Positions 1 to 13,300 of a stretch of 64,000 nucleotides of DNA are shown piece by piece; the first letter of the stretch is position 1, and every line of letters begins with the position of its first letter. The translations under genes were made by a program, and so were the position numbers. Source of the stretch: Chrysomallon squamiferum (Eukaryota; Animalia; Mollusca); assembly GCA_012295275.1 (NCBI GenBank), contig CM022673.1, positions 16,864,001 to 16,928,000 on the forward strand, given 5' to 3'. The notes under the pieces are model-generated. The model was not told where the DNA came from and ran no database searches. It saw only the letters and a program-made list of their open reading frames with translations.

Positions 1-3000
1 AAAGCCAATGCACTGTATTAAACTGTGTGTGTTTGGACATGCTTCTGGGTGTGAAACTATACTGGTAATCTCAGTACCAGGTTTAAATTAATTCAAAGCT
101 TTCTAGAGCAATTGGAAACAGGTGTGTACACACTGACAATGTCAAAGTCCACTGGAACTGAATATTTCTTACACTTTGTTTTTACAGACCTTAGACTTAT
201 TTTAACAATGGGTATTGAATGCCAAACCATTTGAAAATTTGACTTGCATTTTTTTTAATAGAATATCTTCAGCACTCTCTGATTTGTGCTAACAGCAGTG
301 TGTGATTTTTCATATACACATTTGCATGGTCAGGGAAGCACATACCACACCCTTTGTGTCAGTTCCAATTAATAATGTAATTTTTTTTTTATTTCTTCTT
401 AAAATTGATATATGTTTATTTTACAATTCACAATATAATAATAATAGTATTGTTATTATTCATTATTGTTTTCATGATTTACTTTTTAGCACTTCAAAGC
501 TGCTTGTGCCATTATGTCAGAGAAAAGCCTTTTTAAGGATGTTATAAAAGATTTAGCAAATGTGTAATGATTAATCTCATTTCTAACTATATTCATAAAT
601 ATTTAACATTCAATTATCATGTTGCAGTACTCAACATTTCTTGACAAGAGAAATAATAATAAAATAAATATTGTTAGAAAACCAATTTTCTTCTAGAACA
701 TGTTGCATGACAACACAACAAGAAGTAATTACAGGAATAAAAACAATGAGAGTTCTTTTTAACCAGGTTTGCTTTTCTCTGTTAAAAACGGGTAATTGAA
801 GTCACACCTGTTTCCTTAATTAATATAACACATCAACAATGACAACAACAACAACACACACACAGAGAAAAATAAAATATGTATAAATAAAATTAGAGGA
901 AGCCTGCTGTTAACCATCTCAAAGAGTTATTTTCATTGATTAACAAAAACAAATTATTTTATGATGTCTGATTTACCAGTGTCAGAGCACTCATTTGTAA
1001 TGGAAAAAATCCTATTTCATTTATTCTTGAAAGCATCATTACTCTAACAAGCAAGAAAAATAACCAAAAGCAAGAAACTGCTCCCATGTTTAATTATTAA
1101 CACCAGCTTGATTAAAATCACTTTACATGGGTCATGAACTATGATTTAATGCTATGCAATATGACCCCATCTCATCAAATTAACCCTCGTTTGTTTGCTA
1201 TTGAAAAATTTTCAACTAGTTTGCAAATGGATGCAATCAGATTTGATCTTGGCGAATTAACCCCAGTTAATTCCCTGCTGAAATAACCAATAGATATTTG
1301 AGCTGTTTATACACTGTAAAAGAGGATAAGGTTAATTGAGTGAAGGGTAGAATTACACACATTTTGTAGAAAAATAAAAGAACATGTATTTGTTCCATAA
1401 AAACATCAAACGACTGCATCAGTGACTGTTTTATACCTCCAATATGTCTGCTGGGAATAGCACCCTTCTTTTGAAATAATATTAAAAAAATGTAATTCTT
1501 TTTTTAATTTGATACATTATTTTATGTGCTAATAATAATTATTATTAGAATGAATGATATATATGGAAAAAGAATGTTTTTTTTGAAAATTAATTTTTAA
1601 GAACTCGAATAATGAAAAAATAATAATAATAATAAATAATAATAAATAAAATAAAATAAAAACATAAATAAAATAAATAACAAAAAAATAATAATAAAAA
1701 TAATAAAATATAATAAAATAAATTAAAATAAATAAATTTAAAAGTCAAAATAAATAAATTTTGAACTTAAAAAAACAGACATTATTATCTAAAATATTTG
1801 GCTTACAGGTCTAAATCTAAACCAACTGTGTTGCCATTTCCAATTACTTTGGTAATTTCAGTAACTGTCTCTTTCCATTATAAAGAGATAACTCTCCAAG
1901 CCAATATTATTCTAGCTATTACGTAATGGGTCTGCACGGTGGAGAGGGAGAAAGCTGTTGTATGGACACTGCCAGCCTTGATTAATTTGGCAATGATGAT
2001 GTTGCAAGGGATTATTAATCTGAGACCAACGATAACGTTGCCTTGTGGCTGGGAAGTGAAAAATGACTGAGTCTCTGGCTAGATTAAAAATGTCCCCATG
2101 CTACAGTCAGCGAAGATTTATTTATAGCTGCTATTTATATATATAAAAAAAAAAAAAAAGATTAAAAGAAAAAATGTACATTATTTTCAGACCAATTAAT
2201 CTAAAGTGTATTATGTTGTGTTAATACCTGAGGTAAATTCTGCCTACAGAATTAATTTGAAAGCAGGATAATGTGACACCTGTCCAGTACTCAGAAATGT
2301 TTGCTCAAACACACACAGATGTACACAACAGTTTGCAAAATGTCAATATGCCCATAAATAACTTGCCACCAATGAAAGAGAAATTTCATTTTAATAAACT
2401 CTTGTATGGATCTGCTGAATTCTGATTTTGACATTCATTGGAGAATTAGGCTCATCATTTTATTTTTAATTTATTTCATAAGAAATAAAATTCAATAAAA
2501 TACTGAGTAATTGCTGCTGGTTTCCTCTCTTATGTCCTCAGCGCATAAAAAAATATATAATCATATTCTTGAAATCTAATAATGTCAAATTTAAACTGAG
2601 TTGAAATGCCATCAAATCATTTATTTTACTATAAAGTACATTTTACTGTTACTATGACTACCAATTACTAATACTTACTGCTACATCCAATGCTGTTGTT
2701 TCTACTACTATTACTCACAGCTACTAACAATGAGAAGAACAGTTTATTTTAAGACTTAAAATTAAAAATTAAATTTATAAAAAATTAAATAAAAATGACA
2801 TAAAATAATGACAAAAATAAATAAATAAATAAATAAATATATAGATACAAAAACATGTAAATAAATAAGAAGGTAAAAATAAGTCTGGGACGGAGTAAAA
2901 CATGATACTGCAGTGTGTGACTGATGAGCGAAGTGATGAGAGGACTTTTAACCACTGTTTGCTAAGTGTGCCTGCCCGGTCGTAATTACACAGGATTAAA

Positions 3001-4583
3001 ATAGCTGTCGCCATCTTAAAAGTCTGCCCACATCTTTTAAGTGCCTGTGCAGAAAATGCCAAGAGAAAATGTCAGTGAATCTTATACACTCAATTATTTA
3101 CTGCTGTTTGTTTAACACTTGACAGGTACACTGGGAGAGAAGAAGACAAGTGGTTTTCACTGCCAAATTACATCTGCCTTTCATGGCAGGACATTTCACA
3201 AGCGGTAAATTCCATACCAGAAAGTCATCCTTCCTCTTTACCTTCCTCCACCCTCTACTGCCTCCACCAAATAAAATTTGAAAGAAAAAAAAAAAAAGGA
3301 AGAGGAAGAAGGAAGACAGTGAAGATAACATATTTATATAACTTTTACATGAATTTATATTTTAGATTTTACTACAGTCCTTGTCTGCACTAACTTTCTT
3401 GTCTGCATTTGGCTATTACTACAAAGTGTATTATCAGAAATTTTGTTATATTCATTATAATGGAATGTCCCTCACAATATTTCATTTGTTATAAAATCTA
3501 TTACATCTTTAACATAATTATTTAACAGTTTTACTAAATGTAAAATTTGTTTCATCTATGTATTATATCTATCAACATTTTTAAATTACCAAATTCTCTA
3601 ATATATTATTTCTATAAATATAAATTTTGTTAAGATTGTTTTACTTTGAATATTTGTTACATCAAAGTTTCTAGAACGTCTACAATTTCAAATTTAGCAC
3701 CAAAAAGTTTAGAATGTCTCCAGTCAGAAAAGTGAATGTAGCACAACTGAAAACAAATCTGGATTTAATAATCTTATTTATTTATTTTAGTGTTTGTTTG
3801 TTAACATATTTTTGTGAAATGAAAGCATTATGGAAATTCATTTTTGTTTATTGAAAAAGTTCTTATGTAGTATTAAAATCTAGCATTTATTTACATGTGA
3901 ATTATTTTTATTAATGCTGTTTTCAAACTTAAAAATGTCACAGCCTCAATACTGATAAGAAGAATTTTTAAAAGTACACCCATGGACAAGTAAACATTGC
4001 CAAGTTCACTTGACCTCTTGATGTCCAGTGTAATAACAACCTGGTGACAACCACAGTTCGTCCAGGCTACTTTATCTTTGACCTTTCAAGCCACTTAAGA
4101 TCACTTAAAGCCTGATGACAGTGCAGATTTTGCAAATTCTCTCTAATAGCTTTTCAAAAGTGTTGGCATTTTTCACAGAATTTAGAACCATTTGTGAAAA
4201 ACAAAAGAATGTTTAACTGTGTATTTTTTGTTTGAAAATGATGACAGGGCAAAAGAAACCTGCAGTTAATATTAACCCTTTGACCTCTAACTTATTAAAA
4301 TGAATCTACCATTAGAAACAAACAATTCCAGAAAGCAATCTATCATAATTATTATGTCTTTTCTCTATCTCTCAAATTATTTCAAATGTAAGAATAATAA
4401 AGAAAGAATGACAGAAAAAAAAAAGATGGAATAATGTATAATTAATTATGTTTTTCAGTATATTGTAAAAGCTGCAAAAAAAAAAAAAAATCATTTTATT
4501 GTTTTTAATATTCATATTCAAAACAATAAAGAGAATTTGAAAGTTTTTTTTTTTTTTTTTTTTTTATTATTATTATTTTTGTC

Positions 4584-4617
4584 AGTAGTAGTAGTAGTAG
4601 TAGTAGTAGCAGTAATT

Positions 4618-4661
<44 letters not shown>
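4584..4661. repeat. (TAG)n microsatellite
   Basis: Direct inspection. Other simple repeats include (TA)n 6715-6753, (AAAT)n 36169-36225, (AAT)n 42030-42084 and many poly-A/T runs. Confidence 0.95.
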
Positions 4662-4662
<1 letters not shown>

Positions 4663-5030
4663 TCTGCTTATTGATCTGTCCAGCCATTTATTACAACATA
4701 GCCAATTTTATTTAGATAGCAAAACAGGCTTTTGTTACATCGATGGTAAATTGGACATACTGTGTAAAACAGACTTGTGCCTGATATTGTCAGTGGACAA
4801 ACAGCACTTTGTGAGGTATTTAATGATTAAACATCTTAATAGTTTGTTCAGCCACTGACATCTAGGAAGAATCTACAAAACACTGAAATGAATTCCTCGC
4901 AAGTCAGTAACATTACTTAATGTGTTGATTTGTTTTCAAATACGGTTTGCACATTTGTTATAATTGCCATTGCCATTTGCTCACAGACTAGAATTTCTAG
5001 TAGCAGAAAGTGAAGCAGTGGTTTTCCAAA

Positions 5031-5465
5031 ACTGTGAATGAAGAATGAATTTACTTATAGGTTCTGAGATAATCATACTGTGAATGAAGTATGAATTTAC
5101 TGATAGGTCCTGAGATAATCATGCTGTGAATAAAGTATGAATTTACTGATAGGTTCTGAGATAATCATACTGTGAATGAAGTATGAATTTACTGATAGGT
5201 TCTGAGATAATCATACTGTGAATGAAGTATGAATTTACTGATAGGTCCTGAGATATTCATGCTGTGAATGAAGTATGAATTTACTGATAGGTTCTGAGAT
5301 AATCATACTGTGAATGAAGTATGAATTTACTGATAGGTCCTGAGATAATCATGCTGTGAATGAAGTATGAATTTACTGATAGGTTCCTGAGATAATCATA
5401 CTGTGAATGAAGAATGAATTTACTGATAGGTTCTGAGACAATCATACTGTGAATGAAGAATGAAT
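5031..5465. repeat. 46-bp minisatellite, ~9.5 copies
   Basis: Unit actgtgaatgaagtatgaatttactgataggttctgagataatcat starts at 5031, 5077, 5123, 5169, 5215, 5261, 5307, 5353, 5400 and 5446 (partial). Confidence 0.97.
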
Positions 5466-6711
5466 ACTGGTACATTCTGACATGAACTTGATCTAATGTT
5501 TGACATAACATGGACTAATTCAGACTGGATCCACGACAAGTCTGATGTGCGCAAACTTCAAGCATACATTAAATGATTGATTTGAAATTTCTTTTTCTTC
5601 TTTCCTTCCACTCTAATCAGAGATTGTCTTTTGAAAAATATGGATGTGATGTTAATGAAACATAACTGAATTGCAGATATTTCTAGTGTTTTATTCATTT
5701 TGTTGACATTAAAAAAAGACACCCCCCCTCCAACTATCATATTTAAATTATAAATAAAGAGCATTAACAAGAGAAATAGTTATTATTTTCTAATTTATCC
5801 TCACTCTACTCTGAAGGTTTAGTTAAACAAATGTAGATAATTTCTGGCAGCTTTCCAAAACAGACATGAATGTCTGAATTTATAAAAAATCCAAGATAGA
5901 ATAGAATATTAATTTTATTCCTGTAAAAAATATTTTTGTTATCTGTCTTATCTCAAGAAGAAACAGCAACAACAACAATAATAATTAAAAAATAATAATA
6001 GTAATAAGCATAAAAAAAATAAATAAATACATAAAAATTATCAAATGACGCCAACAACAATTATCAAATAAATGATTTTCCATCTTTTAAATTTACTCTT
6101 GTTTAATATATTAATACTTATGTGAAATTTAATGTTTTTTACAGGGACTTTTATAGATAGGTACAGTTTTTACAGATTTTCTTTTACAGACATAAAACAC
6201 TGGCAGTTATTAAATAACCTCTGAATAATTAATTTATCATCACTTACAATAATATGAACCATATTGTTGTTTATTTCAGTTACCAAATTAGTGCGGTCCT
6301 TTAGGTTTAATGTAATTTATTGCCACTTACATTGTTACATGTCAGTTTAAATTTGTTTTACATTTAGAGACTAATTGTGATAATGGCACAGTTACCAGTT
6401 CAACAGCAGCATTGTTGTTTGCCATCACTATGTATGTTTTCCTGGTTAATAAATTACACTATTTATTATTGATACTCTCTGAAGTCACCACTAGTACTTA
6501 AGTTTATGAGAGGAAAACATAATTATTTTTCTTTTGGTAATAACACATTAGTCTGGTCAGAATAGACTGTCAAACAACAAAACATTTTATTTAAATAAAT
6601 GCAATACCTTTGTAGAATGTAGAGTTAATATAGAATGAAAATTTGAACAGGATCCACAGTTTGATGGTCCAGTGACTGCACCTAGAAGGAAGTTCTCATT
6701 AGATAGTGTTA

Positions 6712-6756
<45 letters not shown>

Positions 6757-8042
6757 GATATATATCCCTCCTTTGTGTGTTCAAGCTGTTTTCAAACAGG
6801 CATTATATCTCTGTATTTCAGTCTATTTTTACAATTGTTGGAATAAAATGTAGCACATTAAAAACTGCCAATGATATCATTTGAACCCAGGTACCTCTGT
6901 ATAATAGACTGCATGCTAGTATTACAGACCAGTGCATTTACCTCTTATGACAAATTAGTGTAAAGGCATACGGCTGTCTTTGATTTTTTTTTTCCTTCTC
7001 GTTAATTAAGAGAACTTGTAAAATTCCACTGAAGAATGACATGTTGAGAGGGTCCCACTGAGGTACGCATGTACACACTATTGTGCTGTCAAACATTTCC
7101 AAGCATTGTATCGTCACACACTTGTACCTGGGGAAAATCCCGTCTTGTGCAGGTAGGGATAAGCCCTGTATTGTCAGGGTTAAATTGAAAAATAAATCTC
7201 ACAATAATGTACTGCAGACCACAAAGTCAACAAAATGTTGATTGTGTCCACCAATATATACATCAAAACGTGGGCACAATGGAGCTCACTGAAAAGTGTG
7301 TTTAGCACAACAAGGAAGATTTAAATAGGTTTGTTTTACTTTTGTTCCTCTCTCAGACTTTTCTGATGGGATATAAAACTGACGATGCAGAATTGAGGTT
7401 TGTTGTAAAGACAGGTACAGACATGTAGAGTGAGGACAAATACCTGTCTATAGCAGATGAAATGTGATATTATTTCTGTAAAACAGGGTTCTACAGTGAC
7501 ATCTCATGTATGTCACAGACCCTCATTTAATCTTCCATACAGGGAATTTATTTTGATCTTCTTTTTTGTTCCTTTTTTCTTTTTATTATTCTTTCTTTTT
7601 TTTTTTCATAAAAACAGACATTACAGAATATGTCAGTTTTAACAAATATTTACCAGTTTGACAAAACTCAGTGGCTGCTTTATTTATTTATTTATTTATC
7701 TTTGAACTTAGAGGTAACTAAATAAATGTATTTATTACATTTTTTGCTTCTTTCATGTAAATAATCATCATCCACAATTTTTATAATGATAAATAAATCT
7801 TCATTTATTGAACAATAATGTCAAAAGTGTTTAAACCATGTAGGAAATAAAACCAAAAAAATCATTATTGTGCCATATATGTAAATTTATACAGAACTAA
7901 ATACAATATAGGATTTTCAGTAGCAAAAATAAAATTGATGAGAAAAGTTATTAAAACGAAATTACAAAAGAAAAAGAACAGATCAATAATTTACTGATCT
8001 CTAAAATAATAAGATAATAAGATTTCAATTCCAACATTCCAT

Positions 8043-8083
<41 letters not shown>

Positions 8084-9964
8084 AATAGAAAAAAAGTGAA
8101 ATAAATAAATAATAAAACAATAATAATAATTATAACAATATAATAAAATAAAATAATGGCTCACTGAATGACAAAATGATGGAAATCTATCCATGATAAA
8201 CTGACATGCAAATGATGAAATAAAATAACCCATTTGATATCACACACACACACACACTTATATATATTTATATAATGACCTTCACACCTTGCAACATTTC
8301 ACAAATTTCATAAAAATTACAAGACACTGTTTTGGATAACACTGACTGATTTCTCTGAAAGGCCCATTCTTGACTTTGAAATTTATTTTCTTGCCAAAAT
8401 GGTACAGTGAGTAAAAGAAAGCACCTGTTACAGGAACACACATTGTTGTAGTGAAGTGATTCAAGACAACCTGTGTGCCACCTTCACTAGTGATTATCAC
8501 TTTGCTTGGATGGATGTGTAATAAAATCAGTTTTGAAGTTTTTTTGTTTTTTTCCAGGTCATGCTCTAGACGGTTGTAAAATGTATTTACTTTATTAGTA
8601 TCAGATCAGGTGGAAAATGAGTCCAGTGAAATCTCAAAAGAGATATTTCACCAGTCACTGATGGTCTCCACCTACAGTTTTTGTTTTGTCTGCTTTTTTT
8701 AATGGATTTCAGTACACTGACTCTAAAATGGTCTACATGCATTTTTTTTATCTTTTTTTTTTTTTTTTTTTTTTTTTTTTGGGGGGGATAGATATACTGA
8801 GAAAAATCTTGGTTTGAATCCTTCTTAAACTATTTTAATAATTATTCAAAAACATTTTCCTTTTTGGTCAACAATAAAACTCTTTGATATGAAATCTGGA
8901 ACTTGTATAATGGTAGTACAAATCACACACACACACTCAGTGTAATGTAAGATCACATTTTCCATTTTTTTTACTGTCTCCAAGAGACACAGCTATTTCA
9001 CTGAACCAAATAAACAGAGTTTCACTACTATTCTCCTGTTAAACAAACACTGTTATTGTTTACAAGTGTTGTTATCATTTTAAGATTTGTCATTTTGTTC
9101 ATTTATCTCAAAACCTTTCAAGTTTGATCCCCTGACAGCAAATTTTCATTCTCTAAGCTCTCCAACAGCAATTGAATCAGTTACTATCTTGTTATTAGAA
9201 AACTGTACACATATTCACGTTTTACTGGAAAACAATCTAGTTATTGTATGTTAAAAGAATCATATCAATATTGAACATAATTGTACTTAAAGTATCTGAA
9301 ATAAATTATATAAATGTTATTTTATTTTTGATAATAAACAGCAATTCCAAAATAAATCCTAATCAAGTAACATTTATTACAGCTTTACTGGCAGATTATT
9401 ACACTTAAAGTATCTAAAACAAATTACAGAAATGTCAGTTTTTGTGAAACACTTTACTTTTAATTATATAATTTTTTTATTTTTTTTATTTTTATCAAAC
9501 AACATTTATTACAATTTCACTGGCAGATTTAAGACTTACAGCATCTAAAATAAAATATTCAATAAGTTTTATTATTACTGTAGTGGAAGATTATTTATTA
9601 GTTCAGCAAGCTTTAGGACAATAGTTAGAGACATCTGTGTAGTAAGAACAGTGACAGTTACAAACATGTCTGCAGTGAGGTTTTTTTTACTGGCACATGG
9701 ATATTAAACCTGTCTTTTAGCAAGAATTCTTTACTAAGAAAACGGTTTAAAATTGAAAATAGTCTCAACTGTCAATTTGATACAGTACTTTTAAAATGTT
9801 TTTAACAATAAAAAACAAGTAAATAAATAAAATAAAATAGCTATATAGATGAAAAATAGCTTACAACAGTAGTAAAAAAATATATGACAATAAACCTTCT
9901 ATTATAATTACCATGAACATCAACAAGAAAAACATTAAAAAAAACACGTTAGTCTATCAAACAG

Positions 9965-10198
9965 AATATGTGTGAACTGTAATATTCATATGTGTGAAAA
10001 CACTACAATATGTAGATGTATGTGAACTGTAATGTGTAGATATGTGTGAAAACACTACAATATGTAGATGTATGTAAACTGTAATGTGTAGATATGTGTG
10101 TACAGGTGTGTGAACTGTAATGTGTAGATATGTAAAGTGTACATGTGTGTGAACTGTAATGTGTAGATATGTAAAGTGTACATGTGTGTGGACTGTGA
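9965..10198. repeat. TG/CA-rich compound minisatellite (39-bp and ~51-bp units) next to the exon C donor
   Basis: Repeated gtgtgaactgtaatgtgtagatatg core; tgaactg at 10111 and 10150 gives a 39-bp period. Confidence 0.9.
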
Positions 10199-10226
10199 TA
10201 CCCTGATAAGGGAAACTCTGACTCAC

Positions 10227-10318
10227 CTTAGCCATTTGTGCCTGGATGCCTTGTGACTGTAGTGTGTGGACGGCAATATCAGCTGCTTGGGGAGATTCAA
10301 AATCCACAAAACCATAGC
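10227..10318 (-). CDS. shep: RBMS/shep-family coding exon C (RNP1 KGYGFVDF and end of RRM1)
   Basis: Minus strand ttctctttcag|GCTATGGTTTTGTGGAT...ATGGCTAAG|gtgagt; 92 nt, phase 1 in, phase 0 out. Gives (G)YGFVDFESPQAADIAVHTLQSQGIQAQMAK, with the family-diagnostic G.QAQMAK end. Confidence 0.95.
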
Positions 10319-13300
10319 CTGAAAGAGAACAGAAAGTCAACCATGAAAACAGGACAGGACCTTCCACACACAGTATTGACACCATCAAGATGACTCTGTA
10401 CATACCACGGAGTCATACATCAGTCTAGTATTAAATGCAAAAATATAGTAAAATTACCTTGGATATCTACATATTTTTAAACTTTTAAATTTTTTTTTAA
10501 TAATGGACCACTATTTCAGCTTATAAGTATGAAATCATAAAAACCATAACACTTAAGCAAAAACAATAACAACAACACAAATGAAAAAACCCCACAATCA
10601 AATATAAATTTTGAACAGGACAGCACCTACCATATCATTATTTCATTCAGGTTCTTGTAATTATCAAAAAAGTTATAGAACAGGGCAGCTGTTACCACAG
10701 TTTTATCTGCTGTTCAAGCTGTCATCAGTCTGGTAACACAGTGTTACATGAGATTTATTTATCACACAGGATAACAGTTACCATATTGCTTATGTCATTT
10801 AATAACAAGTTCTGTAGGATGTTATTTACGTCAGTGTTTGTTTCTAGTAACAAATGTGATAATAGTTTGTGACAAATTACAGATTATAGTATCAGTGCAC
10901 CAGTGTAATTAGCAAGTTTTGTTTGAAGTCTCAGTTATCTAGTGCCTGCACAGCCAGTCAGCTGTAACACATTAAGCAAAGTTTTCACCTACAACAAATC
11001 CTTCAACTATTTCCAGGAAACACATTTTATTTTATGCTTAATACACTAACATAAAAATCAATTATTACAAAGACAACTTGCAATGATTCCTGAAAAGAAA
11101 ATCCAAAAAAATCCAAAACAATCCACGTGGACATTTAAAAAATATCAACTGATTTGCACAAAATCAATAATAAAAATTTGTTTCCCCGGAAGAGACAAAA
11201 TGATTATTGATATCAAGAATACACACATTTTCTTGTTCAGCTGTTTTATACAGAGGTTGTGTTAATGAATGTATTGGTACAGTATGAACATTCTGATCAA
11301 CTCAAGTCTACAGAAATATGAAGTAAAAATATTTCCTTTTTCAGTTTCATGCCTACATCAATATTTACTGAATACGTAAACTGATTGCAATTAGTCAGTC
11401 ACTTTTGTCAATCCAAAGAAATAATGTGTTTTAATTTTTTTTTTTTTTTTTTTTTTTTTTTATTTTTTTTATTTTTTTTTTTTAAGAAAAGAAAGAATGA
11501 AATAAAAACAAAAAATAAAACTTTAATAAAAAAGAAGAAAACGTAAGTGTTTTATATATATATATATATATGTATATATACTGTATACAGTATATATACA
11601 TATATTTTTTTTTATATAAAACATAAACGTTCAATGAAAGAACTTTATTTCAACCCTAAAACCCTACAGATTTATTAAGAACTGATTAAATAACTTCAAA
11701 TAAAAAAAGAACCCAAATTAATTTTTACTTTTGATGGGAAAATAACATTTCATTCTCATTATTCTGAAAATGTTTAATAGTAATGGCTGTCAACAGATGT
11801 TATTGTATAATGAAGCAATGTTAGCAGAAATCCAATCCATTCTTTGAAAAACTCCAGAGCCTGTTTCCACCCTCAGGGAATGACACACCTATAGCTTAGA
11901 TTAGATACGGGCATTGACTAAAAGCAAAACTACCAGTTAATATTGATTGTGTAACTTCACGTCTCAGGTAAAGGCTTTAATCAATAATCTGTACTTCAGT
12001 CCTAAGATGTGGGAAAAAAACATTGTTTATTTTATGTTTTCTTTTTATTATTATTAGTAGTAGTAGTAGTAGTAGTATTAGTTATAAATAATTGTTTTAG
12101 TGTAAAAATAGTCATTCAGTTTAATTATGTACTAAAATGAGACAAGTAATTCTTTTTCAAACACTTTTATTATTATGAAAATAGTTATTATAACCCAATA
12201 AAAAAAAAAAAAAAAACCATAACATTTGGCATATTGAATAAGGAAACCCATATCATTTAATAAACATTCATGTAATAAAGTAATAAAATCGAAACTGATA
12301 GGGAATTTCAAATAAAACAAAAGAGATTTCATCAAAATAAAAATTTCAAAACGTGGTTATGTATCTCAATGTTGTGTTTTTGAATAATGCCGTCAATGAA
12401 GCCGTACTGAAGCCGGGTGACAGATGCCACAGTTGGTGTCAGGTGTTGTGTTCATCTTCAGTGGCTGACTGGCCAAGTTTTAATGTCCCAATCAGTTCAG
12501 GCTGTGTGGAGCTGTATTTGGCACAGGATACTGGAGCCAGGGCTGTCTGTTTGTCTGCCTGGGACTCTTTCAGGTTAATGTGTTATTAGGGTAGTCAACA
12601 GACATGATACACCATAGTTAGTTACTGCTCAGCAACAAAAAAAAATTCATATGCACCCTCCCATAAAATCAGAAAACTGTAATAAACAAGACAAGGTGTA
12701 GAGGCTAGAATGGGAAATGGCCCCGTAGGAACATTTGATCTTGGTATGCCACAAGCTAGAGGTTTACCTTCTCCACTACCAAGATGTGAAATGATTTTAT
12801 CACAGTGGAATAATTAATAGTCAAACTGACTAAAGGTAATTCTACTTGCTACTGTCATCAGCAAATACCACTTATTAATGGAGGATGTCATTACATTGTT
12901 TACAGTGAAAGATGTTACATGTAATTCAAAACATAATATTCACATTTTACAATGAAATATTGAAATGGCCAACATTAGTTTAATTTTATTATATAATTTC
13001 AGACAGACAGTTAACAAACAGTGGCCTATTTAGGCAGGAACATTAAACATTTTAATGATTATTAGGTGTCACCTGCATTTATTTGAAATAACAGTGATAT
13101 GTGAGAGAAGCAACATGTGGCTACCACCACACAGACTACTCTTATTGATTGGGAAATACCCACCTATCCTGAGTGGAGTTAACCTGCCTTTATTTATTTA
13201 CCTATTTAAACCACAACAAAAGAGAAACTGTCATAACAATTATTTTCTTATGTCTTTTTTTTACTTTATTGTTTTTTTTCTTCTCTACAAATGGCACACT

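Larger units (their letters stand above)
1..10226 (-). other. shep: Intron after exon C (>10 kb); the next expected exon (QQEQDPTNLY..., RRM2) was not seen and is probably outside the window
   Basis: GTGAGT donor at 10226-10221. By-eye scan of 1-10200 found no RRM2-coding segment. Confidence 0.7.

Noticed and set aside
5031-5465. Regular repeat array resembling CRISPR; ORF 5281-5511
   Set aside because: Head-to-tail units without unique spacers, eukaryotic context, no cas genes. The ORF is just translated repeat.
10197-10226. Alternative in-frame donor extending exon C, as recalled for the insect shep linker
   Set aside because: The nearest plausible downstream GT (cagg|gtatca) is out of phase and weak. 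The CAGAGTTTCCC 11-mer shared with the exon A junction is probably chance.
10319-10403. N-terminal part of ORF 9957-10403 (MYRVILMV...)
   Set aside because: Lies upstream of the clear CAG acceptor at 10319-10321; intronic, and homology starts at GYGFVDF.
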